Shown: one piece after another, positions 53,561 to 64,000 of the stretch
Position numbering within the stretch: position 1 is the first letter of the stretch
Layout: each line of letters opens with the position of its first letter
NCBI RefSeq assembly: GCF_006345805.1
Contig: NW_021832551.1
Location: 1 to 64,000 of the forward strand
Source of the DNA: Octopus sinensis
Taxonomy: Eukaryota
Direction of reading: 5' to 3'
DNA length: 64,000 nucleotides
Made by a program: the position numbers and the translations under genes
The notes under the pieces: model-generated
What the model was told of the DNA's origin: nothing
The model's input: only the letters and a program-made list of their open reading frames with translations
Databases searched by the model: none

Positions 53561-54927
53561 TGAAGTGACGTTAAGTTGCGGAGGCGGATCTACATTAGTT
53601 CTAATGGGTTAAACCTAAAGTGAAACAAAAATTGAATAATCCGCTATAAGATTTTGTCTGGGTAGAGAACACGTGTGAGTGCATATACATGTGAATATAC
53701 ATGCATACCTTTTAGTGACGGTGCATTATTTCCTTTCTGATTTTGAATTGGGTCTAGCACCTTAATTATTTTATAACTTTCACATTACCATTTTGCGAAA
53801 TCAGCTACTGATTCCTATTGTAAAGTCCTATAAATACTGACAAGGAAAAATCCAGCTTCACCAACCACAGTGGAGTAAGCATTACCGATGAGCATTAATT
53901 TCCATTGCGGTGAGGCAGTTGTCTCCCTTGTCAGTAAACAGAACATATGCTCTTGTGGCTAGAGAGTTTTTGACACTTATTTCTAGCAATGCTGGTGCTC
54001 CCTACACTCTTCGTCACTTTTTTAATTATATATATATATATACGTGTGTGTGTATATGTATGTATGTATAGATATATAAATATATATATACACACTCGTA
54101 AAAAAAACGTTGAGCGAGTTCAGAGTGTAATATGAATCAATGGACTGACAAGGTTACAGAAATTATCTAATTGACTTCTTTGGCTTACAGCTGTTTCTGG
54201 TATTAGAAGTGGCGCACCCAGAATTGAATGCTTGTTCATCACCTTATAGCTTCCTCTGAAATTTCATCACTAGTTCTGTGTTTAGCTTTTTCGTTTTTAG
54301 CTTCGTATTTTGTTTTCGTATAGAGAATAACTGAATAAATATACACTGGGACCGTTTGAATTTTGAGGGCTCAAATGTTGATTTATATTCATCTTGATGT
54401 GTTCCTTTTTGCAACCCTTTCAACTTCAAAGTCCCACATTTTGTGGTTGTTGTTGTTTCTGCTCTATTGCTGCTGTTGTTGGCATTAATGCTCTTGTTGT
54501 TTCGACTTTTGTTAACTGTATTATGATCAAAGGCACTCCGATCACAACCATTACGTTTCCTTCCCTTGCATATCAAGAGCTGGCCTCTGGTACTAGTCAG
54601 AGCATGCAATCTTTAAATACATCAAAGCCATACAATCAAAGCATGGTAAGTTTAACATGTATGTATCTGCATTTAAGCTGCCTATCATAAAAATGAAAAA
54701 TAGAAATTAGAATTGGGTTTATTATATGCATTAATTTTTATATGCAAAACAGGCATCGCATGTTTTGCGTCCATGCAAGAAATGCTATTCCAAGAATTAC
54801 ATCACCGAATTTATTGTTCCTTGTTAAAATGGTAGGACTTGATTAGGGGGTATTTTGTTGTTATTTCTTGTAGATCGATTGAGCACGCAGATGCGTCTTC
54901 ATATTGCTGTAGTATATGATATGAAGA

Positions 54928-55105
54928 AGGCAGCGAGCGGGTAAAACCGTTAGCACACTGGCCGAAATGTTTAGCCGGATTTCGTCTATCCTAACGTTTT
55001 GAGTTCAAATTCCGCTGAGGTCGCCTTCGCCTTTCATCCTTCCCGACTCGACAAAGTAAGTACCAGTTGAACACTGGGGTTCGATGTAATCGACTTAACA
55101 ACTCC
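54928..55105 (+). mobile_element. SINE family A
   Basis: AGGCAGCGAGCGGGTAAAACCGTTAGCAC..GAGTTCAAATTCCGCTGAGGTCG. Confidence 0.85.
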
Positions 55106-55576
55106 TGAGTAAGAGTAAAAAAACTACGCTCCTCTGTCAAGCTATGTTGAGCCAATATGGCTGAGTAGGCTCATCAAAATAGTATGAATTTCAAGCTCAA
55201 ATTCACGGCCTCCAGATCGGACTGTGGATGGTGGAGAGAATATGCTAAGGCCTTTATCCCTCAGTGGACTGAACCTGGGCTATCCAATCCAATCCAATTG
55301 AAGATCACAAGAATTCGTGAAGCAGAGGAACGCTGTTATGTGCAACATAGGCTTGATCCCTTTTAGAAGAGTGTTAGTCTCTATTTAATAGAAGTAAGTC
55401 TCTATTTAATAGAAGTAAGTCTCCTTAGAGGCCGACATTTATCTTAAAATGTCTCACTCGCATCCATTGACGTCCAATTGGGTTTACTACTTGCAAGAAT
55501 TGAAACAGTTACTTCTGTCTACAAAAGACACAAGAGCTAGAATTTCAGCGGTAGGGGACACTTTATGTTTATTAGA

Positions 55577-55672
<96 letters not shown>

Positions 55673-56201
55673 CTATCTCTATCTCTCGTGTATATCTTGC
55701 TTTACGTACGTATCAATGCACATATTTATCTATGCTATGTACGCATTTTTATGTATATATACACGTGTGTACCTACGTATACGAGTTCCTGTACATATAT
55801 ATGTATATATTCGTCCATACGTGTGCGTATACGCGTGTATCTAGTTGCATGTATATGCCCATATACTTGGGTGTGCGTGTGTGAGCGCGTATGTATATGT
55901 GCGTATATATATATATATATATATATATGTTTGTATATATGCGTCTAAGCATGAACACAAAAAACTTGTCTAAGTATTATCTTCCTTTCAACTTCTACTT
56001 CCTTTTCTTTCTCTTAACAGTTACAACAGCGGAAGCTAATTACGTCATTTTCTCTAAGCTAGAATGTATAATTTCCGCGTTCACATTTGGAGTTTTTGCG
56101 TTTTAATAATTTCTCTCTGATTCTCCTCATTCTCGAATTTGATGGGCATATAGCGGTACTTAAGCCGACTCAAGAAATCTCTAGTCGGACTTTTTATCGA
56201 T

Positions 56202-56243
56202 GTACCTGAAGAGACCCAGAACGGGTCGAAACATGTGTTGTAC
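56202..56243 (+). ncRNA. minimal type-I hammerhead ribozyme, canonical core
   Basis: GUAC-CUGAAGA-GACCC(AGAAC)GGGUC-GAAA-C(AUGU)G-U-U|GUAC; AATAAA at 56246. Confidence 0.75.
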
Positions 56244-56457
56244 CCAATAAAGTTATTACACATTTCATCTTCTATTTTATTAATACTGCTATCCCAACCG
56301 CCACTACGAAGTTCCTGCTATAAATCTACGGATAACAACGGGTAGTCGAAACTGCACCGGTGCTTTACTCATCATCATTTATACATTTCGTACAATTTCC
56401 ATTACGTGTGTGTGTGTATATATATATATATATTATATATATATCCACGTAATGGAA

Positions 56458-56514
<57 letters not shown>

Positions 56515-56520
<6 letters not shown>

Positions 56521-56702
56521 GTCGCCATGATAGATCGTTAGCCACTACACACATTTTTTCTTTCCTTGTTTTTTCTGTGTCCCTTTCTGTAGAAGAGCGT
56601 AGGCTCGAAACGTAGACTTTTCTATTCCTGAGCGTTATACTAATACATCTGTTTGTTTTGCACACCACCTGTCTTCGTCTTTTTTTTTCGTAAACTCTCC
56701 CT
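56515..56702 (+). mobile_element. (TA)n-flanked short element, second CUGUAGA HHR-like copy (56583-56614)
   Basis: Same family as 23660-23797; the 3' strand of stem I has lost AAA. Confidence 0.65.
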
Positions 56703-56711
56703 ATATATATA

Positions 56712-56742
<31 letters not shown>

Positions 56743-56804
56743 ATAGGGAGAGTTTATATACATACACGCACACACAGTCATCTTTTTTAATTTTATTATG
56801 AACC

Positions 56805-56937
56805 AGCCCCTATATTTTATCGACTCCGAAAGAATGAAAGGAAACGGCGACCTCAGCTGAACTTCGAACGTGAAGCCGGAAGAAGTGTCACTGATCGCTT
56901 TTGTCCGGCGTGCTAACGATTCTACCAGCTTTCCACC
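56805..56937 (-). mobile_element. SINE family A, degenerate
   Basis: TTTTATCGACTCCGAAAGAATGAAAGG..CGGCGTGCTAACGATTCTACCAGCT. Confidence 0.75.
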
Positions 56938-57533
56938 TTGATCAAAACGTTTATCAAAAGCAAACATTAATTCATTGCTTCTTTCTTCCTTTTTTCGCAA
57001 CCAATTTCTATGATAATGCAAAAACCATGCGCAGCGAAGCCTGTCTTTCTTTCGATGCACAAATGTAAATATGATAAAAACAAAGAAATATTTTATAAAA
57101 TTAATGATTATTTGCAAATGAAAATCCTCCGTAAGAAATACTTTGGTAATGCTTCAAGGATATTTATATTCGCTGTACGTTGTAGAGGTGTTTTTTAAGT
57201 AAATCGACCATGTAAAAATTTGATGAATGCTTGTAAGCTGAAATCGAGGCAAGAACGTCACAACCTCAATTTTCAACCTTCTGAACTCAATAAGGTGATA
57301 GATATCTCAGATCACAGAGTATCAACCAATTGATTTTATTTATCGCAATTCTGCAGGAGATAAATATTTATTTGTCCTTGTTTTATTTGGTCCTGTCAAC
57401 CAAAAATAATTTTCGTGTAAAGTTAATAACATACGGACTGATAGATAGATAGGTAGGTAGGTAGGTAGGTAGGTAGGGATACGCCCATTCATACGTACTT
57501 GCATACATGCCTACATATATATATATGTATATA

Positions 57534-57584
<51 letters not shown>

Positions 57585-57724
57585 ATATTCACACGCACAC
57601 GTTCCCACACACACACGTTCCCACACACACACACGCACGCACATGTACAAATAGGAGAAAGCCAGAAGAAGAAAGGAGAGGAGGAGGACGGAAACAAAGA
57701 ATTAGAAATATACGCATGCGCAGA

Positions 57725-57835
57725 CATAGCTGTGAGGTTAAGAAGTTCACTTGGCAACCATGTGGTTTCGTGTTCATTCCCACTGCAAAGCACCTTAAGG
57801 AAGTGACTTCTACAATTGTCCTGAGCTGACCAATG
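57725..57835 (+). mobile_element. SINE family B 5' fragment
   Basis: TAGCTGTGAGGTTAAGAAGTTC..GTGTTCATTCCCACTG. Confidence 0.65.
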
Positions 57836-57912
57836 ACAAATGAGCGGCGAAATTACTAAACAAATCTAAGCGACAGAGACCACATATTTATGTCTGTATG
57901 TGTGTATATATG

Positions 57913-58051
<139 letters not shown>

Positions 58052-58100
58052 AGAAAACGTCAAGGTAGAAAATACTAAAATAATTTTATAAAAAGCATTT

Positions 58101-58136
58101 CAGTACCGGTTTCAGTAATTGAGACTTTTTCAGCTG
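58101..58136 (-). ncRNA. minimal hammerhead-like motif with A at position 8 (C3/A8 mismatch)
   Basis: CAG-CUGAAAA-AGU(CUCAAUU)ACU-GAAA-CCGG-U-A|CUG. Confidence 0.45.
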
Positions 58137-58765
58137 TAAGTATGGAAAACAATAAAAATTTTGGAAAAATATAAAGAAAATTTTTCAAAGAATATTTGCA
58201 TAGAGTTCAAATACAAGGGGCATTTTCCTTGTTTCTGCCTGTCTCTATCTCTCTTGTTTACTCTTGTATGTATGTATGTATGTATGTATGTATGTATGTA
58301 TGTATGAAAGCAAAACAGAATTCTTTCAAAACAATGACTCAGTCGAGAATAACATCCTGAATTATAATTAAATTTCAATGGGTTGACCACATCGATACAA
58401 TATGATTGAAAATCAACATCTCACTTTCTCTTCTCTCTCCCTCTCTCCCTCTTTCTCTCTCTGTCTCACTTTCTTTGCTTTTCTTTCTCTTTTTTTCGGT
58501 TATCTTGCTCCCTATCTCTTTCTCCCTTTCTCCAAAGAACAAAATGTTCTCCTCTTCGAGTTATAAAACCTTGAGGAGATTTTCTCTTTTATTATCTTAG
58601 TCTTATCTTTTCATGAAGATTTTGATTAAATTATTAAAAACGGTAATAAAACAAATTATCCAAAATTCTGACTGCCTTCTTTTTCTTAATATACAACATT
58701 TGTACACTACTTTAAACACTCTATACATACATGCATACATACATATCTGTCTACCTGTATGTCTG

Positions 58766-58860
<95 letters not shown>

Positions 58861-58877
58861 GTCTGTCTGTCTATCTA

Positions 58878-58919
<42 letters not shown>

Positions 58920-58949
58920 ATCTATCTATCTATATATATATATATATAT

Positions 58950-59009
<60 letters not shown>

Positions 59010-59012
<3 letters not shown>

Positions 59013-59190
59013 AAGAAAACAACAAGAACAAGAGGCGTGGTACATGTAGAGAATTACCACACGCTCAGGGAAAGAAAGAAAGGTGGTTTTACGTTTCGAG
59101 CAAAGCTCTTCCTCAGAAACAGAAATCGGAAGAAAGTCCAAGAGGGAAGGAAGATGGAGGAAAAAATTGCCAACGATCCACATGTGGTTA
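59010..59190 (-). mobile_element. (TA)n-flanked short PLE-type element with a minimal HHR at 59086-59120
   Basis: GUUU-CUGAGGA-A-GAGC(UUU)GCUC-GAAA-CG-U-A|AAAC; shares the CCTGAGCGT block with the 56515 family. Confidence 0.7.
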
Positions 59191-59494
59191 CATATATATA
59201 TATATATATATCAACTTACTGTGTCGTTTTCCATTATGTCTTGTCCTTATTCTGTCGTCAGCATTCATTCATTTTTACATCACCGTTCTTTATGTCGTTG
59301 CACTTTCCGCTACAGCATTTTGCTGGTGACGCCACCAAATTGAACAATCTTATCGATAACGGCGAGAAACTGTAAAAATTTTAGGCCGATTACGAACGAA
59401 GGATGAGCATGTCCACGTCTTTTGGGTGTGTATCTTTTCGTGTGCTCCTTTGCCATTCTTCTGAGTAAATTTTACTCATATATATATATATATC

Positions 59495-59790
59495 ACCGTG
59501 ATCACCATGACCGACCAGGCTATCAGATGTTGCAACACATCGCTGGTCACAATGCGCTTCGCATTGTTCTAGCGTCCAAATGACGCCACCCCGCTGGCTA
59601 AGCGAGCAGGCCAACAGAAGAAATTGTGGTGAAAGAGTACAGCAGGGATCACCCCCCACCTGCCGGAGCCTCGTGGAGCTTTAGGTGTTTTCGCTCAATA
59701 AACACTCACAACGCCCGGTCTGGGAATCGAAGCCGCGATCCTACAACCGCGTGTCCGCTGCCCTAACCACTGGGCCATTGCGCCCCCACA
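59495..59790 (-). mobile_element. tRNA-derived SINE, family C head with a different tail
   Basis: GGGGCGCAATGGCCCAGTGGTTAGGGCAGCGGAC..GCTTCGATTCCC. Confidence 0.85.
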
Positions 59791-60019
59791 CGATATATAT
59801 ATATATATCAAAAGAGAGATAGATAGATACATACATACATACATACTTACATACATGCATATATACATACACACATAATATGATATATACATTATATATA
59901 TCTTATAACAATTCAGCCTGTCATTGCGTGTCGGTAACTCTTTCGCGTGATTAGGGAGAAAGAGAAGAGGAGAAAGAAAAGAGGAAGAGGGAAAAAGAAG
60001 GTGGGAAAAAAAGAGGGAG

Positions 60020-60260
60020 AGAGAAGCGCGCATGACGTGAGTCAGAGAGAATGGAATTGTAACGCTTTCACGTGATTAGTTGAAGAGAGAGAGAGAGAGG
60101 AGATAGAGAAAAAGAGGGAGGGGAGGGAGAAAGAGGGGAGAGAGATAAAGGGAAAGAGCGATAATCGTGGTGGTGGTAGTGAATGGATAGCGGAAAGTGT
60201 ATTTTTAATTGAACTAAATTTTTTCTATATCACCTATCACTTAACGCATGCGCACAAGTG
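60020..60260. promoter_or_regulatory. candidate cis-regulatory cluster (NRF1-like, overlapping CRE/AP-1, E-box) amid GA-rich tracts
   Basis: GCGCGCATG 60026, TGACGT 60033, TGAGTCA 60038, CACGTG 60069, CGCATGCGCA 60245. Confidence 0.35.
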
Positions 60261-61392
60261 CAATTCCGAGAATTCTATTTTTGTTTATCGAAAAAACGGG
60301 AAAATATGGGTGCTTATTTATTTTATGAGTGTTATGTATCTCTTCTTATCTTATGATAAAAGGCAGATTTTCTTTGCCTGTTCCCATGTTCCTTTTTAAT
60401 ACAATTCTACAATATAGAATTTCTTCAATTGGAATTTACCTATGATTTTTCGAAGTAGATTCGATTGGGTCATGGCATGTAAAGTTTTTTCAATTTGAGC
60501 CCCAATTAAGCAAAAATTCGAGAAAACTCAATATTTTACGATTTGCCTCTCTCATTTCAAGTGGTTTACTCCTGCTATTACCACCACACTTTCTCCTACT
60601 TTCTCTTTGCAAGTGTGAAACCATTGAAGTGAAAGTATTATACAACAGGGATGAGCCATTAATGGTGGTCATCCTTTTTGCTAGAGGAAGATCCGCTATG
60701 GTCTTATATGCTACACCACTGGTTTTCAATTCATATTAATCAAATTAATATTCAATTTTTCACCCTTATTATGTGTGTGTGTATGTGTGTGTGTATTAGC
60801 AATTCGTATAAAATTGCATCAATGACTTGAACTTGAATAAGTGGTTTCACATAAATGGGGATAAATTAAAAAGGTTTGTTGTTATTATTATTACTGTTTG
60901 ACTATTGTAATCACGTTTGTTGGTTCCTCGTCAGGGAAACGTTGTTGTGTTGCATTTGTTAAATAATTGTAAACCGTAACCCTCCCCCTTTCGGAGAAGG
61001 GGCTTTGGTTATTGTTTAAAAATTGAATTGTGTCTCTGTTTGGGGAAATTGACATTATTTTCACCGTCTTTACGGAAGCATTTTTGTTAAATGCCTTCGA
61101 TAGAAGAAAGTCAAAAAATGAATTTCACTGCAGCCGTACACTTCTATACAAGAGGGAGGACAAGATCCAATTGATCGAAATTGCAAGAGACGGGCCTACA
61201 ATTCCAGTCTGTTATATATTTTGAGTATTGTTATCACTAGCGATATCAAGATATAACTTTGTATTTTGTATTTTATGTGTACATGTATATATATAGATGT
61301 ACATGTAATATGTACACATATATATACACATATATACATGCATAATATATCTACCCATACACACATACGCACACACACACACACATACATAG

Positions 61393-61520
61393 GGGCAGGT
61401 GTGGCTGTGTGGTAACAAACTACGTTCCAAACACATGGTCCTGGGTTCAGTTCCACTGTGTGGTGACTTGGCATGTGTCTTCTGCTGTAGCTTCAGACCA
61501 ACAAAAGCCTTCTCAGTGGA
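61393..61520 (+). mobile_element. SINE family B 5' fragment
   Basis: GCAGGTGTGGCTGTGTGGTAAC..GGGTTCAGTTCCACTG. Confidence 0.8.
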
Positions 61521-61599
61521 TTTTGTACATATATACAGGCATACATATATATACATGCATACGTACATATTCGACATAAACACTCTACCACTACAACTA

Positions 61600-63444
61600 A
61601 TAACTGTTGGGAACACTTTCAAACCTGCCTTACATTCCAACCGGAATCTCAAAAACATTGTCCCCTTCAGCGCCAAGCTCAACTGCTCTATCCTGACATG
61701 GAGGGTATCAGCAATGAAATCTATAACAAAACACTCATTGACGTTGAAGACAGAATTGCTAAACTGGGTGGAAATGAATTGTCGTCGTATGGCCTGTCAC
61801 AAGCATTCAGGTCAGAGTCAAATAGCCTTCCCACTGCTGTCATTCGTGAAACAACCTACGACACTCAAGCGCTTTCAAAGTACATTGTTGAAAATGAGCC
61901 TAAATTACTTCCGGACCAGCTGCAAGCCTACAGAACTATTCTTAACAGTGTACGCCAACGCGAGGGACGAATCTTCTTCCTCGATGCTCCTGGAGGGACA
62001 GGAAAAACATTTATTACAAAGCTTCTCCTTGCAGAAGTTAGGTAGCATCAGGACATTGCAGTAGCTGTAGCCTCCACTGGCATTGCAGCTACTTTGTTAC
62101 CCGGTGGCAGGACAGCACACTCAACTTTTAAACTCCCTCTCAATTTAGCAGCATCCGAAATGCCTTCATGCAACATCAACAAAAGCTCAGATCAGGGACA
62201 AGTACTTAAAATGCGTTATGTAATTGTCTGGGATGAGTGCACTATGGCTCACAAGGGAGCTTTGAAAGCATTAGATAGAGCCCTGAAAGACATCCGAGAC
62301 TGTCAGGCTCCAATGGGAGGTGCAACGCTTCTGTTGTCAGGTGATTTCAGGCAAACTCTTCTTGTCATTCCGAAAGGCACTAGAGCTGATGAAGTCCAAG
62401 CATGCCTAAAGTCCTCTACCCTGTGGCATCATGTTACAATCTTTAGTTTCACCACTAACATGACAGCTCAGATACACGGCGACAAAATGTCCAGAAAGTT
62501 TGCACAGAACATTTTGACACTTGGTGAAGGCAAGATGCCTCTCGATGCTGCAGGACAAATGGAAGTGTGGTCATTTTCCTCTGTTGTTAATTCTGTAGAT
62601 GACCTCAAAAACAAAGTCTTTCCTAACTTCACACAAAACCACCAAAATCACAATTGGCTGTGTGAAAGAGCAATATTAGCTCAAAAAAACGTCGCTATTA
62701 ACCAAATTAATCAACAGCTAATGCATTCTCTTCCCGGCACTATACACACTTACAAGTCTGTTGATACAATTCCAGATATAAATGAAGTTGTGAATTATCC
62801 TCCTGAATTTCTCAATTCACTGGAGCCTCCTCGACTACCTCCACACATATTACCACTTCAGGTTGGAACTCCTGTAATGCTACTCCGCAATCTGGAACCA
62901 CCAAGACTTTGCAATGGAACACGACTGGTGACAAAGAAAATGATATCACACGTTATCGAGGCGATCATTCTTTCTGAATGTGGAAAAGGTGATGACGTCT
63001 TTATTCCAAGATTTCCTCTTACTCCATCAGGAGCAGAAATTCCATTTACATTCAGAAGACTGCAATTCCCCCTTCGTGTCAGCTTTGCCATGTCCATTAA
63101 CAAATCTCAGGGTCAAACCCTCTCTGTAGCTGGTCTTCTCTTGGAAGAGCCCTGCTTCTCGCATAGGCAACTGTATGTTGGCTGTTCAAGAGTAGGAACC
63201 AAAAGAAACCTTTTTGTATATGCTTCACAAGGAAAAACAAGGAACATTGTTTACGAGGTGTTATAATCTCAACAGCCAGGAGGTATATACATGATCCCCT
63301 TTTTTAAAAAATCTTCATGTACTTTCATGTATTTATATTAATATACATATATTTGTGTGTGTGTGTGTGTGTATCCATATATATAACAGAAAAGTCTAAT
63401 TCTTCTATTGAATGTAACCGGGCAACGCCGGGTATCTCTGCTAG
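61600..63444 (+). mobile_element. 5'-truncated autonomous-type Helitron with 3' hairpin and CTAG end
   Basis: Helicase ORF followed by ACCGGGCAACGCCGGGT..CTAG|T at 63441-63445. Confidence 0.92.
61698..63266 (+). pseudogene. Helitron PIF1-family helicase domain with one in-frame stop (62043-62045)
   Basis: FFLDAPGGTGKTF (Walker A), VASTGIAATLLPGGRTAHS, IVWDEC, GDFRQ, LRNL..LCNGTRL, FAMSINKSQGQTL, QLYVGCSRV. Confidence 0.92.
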
Positions 63445-63693
63445 TTAGGTCTATAAATGTGTACCAAAATTATATAAAGTGAATTAAATAATGATCGTAT
63501 TCAAATTTCTTTCACTTTTCAATGAGTAGCAGATGAGCGACTATCTTTTCACACAGACACAATATAGGCTACACTTTCAGGTTTTTAGATAAAGTTTTCA
63601 GAAATAACCCAATAGGTTTACCATTAATTCCGTGAAGTATTCACGGGTCCCGCTAGTAGTTATCAATATATAACTATAGATGTATATGTGTAG

Positions 63694-63735
<42 letters not shown>

Positions 63736-63739
63736 TATT

Positions 63740-63935
63740 CTTTTATTTGTTTCAGTCATATGACTGAGGCCATGCTGAAGTACCGCCCTTAGTCGAGCAA
63801 ATCGACTCCAGGACTTACTCTTTGCAAGCCTTGTAATTATTCTATCGGTCTCTTTTGCCAAACCGCTAACTTACGGGGACGTAAACATACCAACACCGGT
63901 TGTCAAGCGGTGTTGGGGGACAAACGCAGACACAC
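63740..63935 (-). mobile_element. SINE family B 3' half
   Basis: TTTGTTTCAGTCATATGACTGAGGCCATGCTG..GGGGACGTAAAC. Confidence 0.85.
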
Positions 63936-63939
63936 AAAA

Positions 63940-63976
<37 letters not shown>

Positions 63977-64000
63977 GTTGTGTGCGTGTGTGCGTGTGTG

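Noticed and set aside
59700-59790. tRNA gene calls for SINE heads (also 13345, 50300, 50700)
   Set aside because: A and B boxes run into SINE bodies; no acceptor stem or T-run terminator.
60910-60945. Minus-strand CTGACGA-GGAACC motif
   Set aside because: Stem II and GAAA are missing; at most a deleted relic.

Overview
Repeat-dominated, AT-rich eukaryotic non-coding DNA. The microsatellite load and SINE families suggest a cephalopod, probably Octopus (inference). I found no host protein-coding gene with confidence; almost every long ORF in the track is a microsatellite translation. The real coding remnants are all transposon-derived: two Tx1/L1-clade LINE 3' ends, two CR1-clade fragments, an R4/Dong-type RLE fragment, Penelope-like (PLE) GIY-YIG fragments, three maT (DD37D-like) Tc1/mariner copies, a rosa/DD41D-like copy, and a near-intact Helitron PIF1 helicase. 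There are also non-autonomous Helitrons, mariner MITEs and more than 25 tRNA-derived SINE copies. The most notable signal is a set of about 9 short elements, mostly flanked by (TA)n, that fold into minimal type-I hammerhead ribozymes (HHR) from several sequence families. They include canonical cores, cores with one extra nucleotide after A9, an A6U core, and a two-copy family in which the C3-G8 tertiary pair is swapped to G3-C8 (GUGAACA), which CUGANGA searches would miss. Other oddities are a 79-bp-arm palindrome, a ~570-bp inverted duplication carrying an HHR, internally multimerised SINEs, a 42-bp hairpin minisatellite inside Helitron cargo, and a 1.2-kb pure (TG)n tract. All structures were read by eye and none has been tested.
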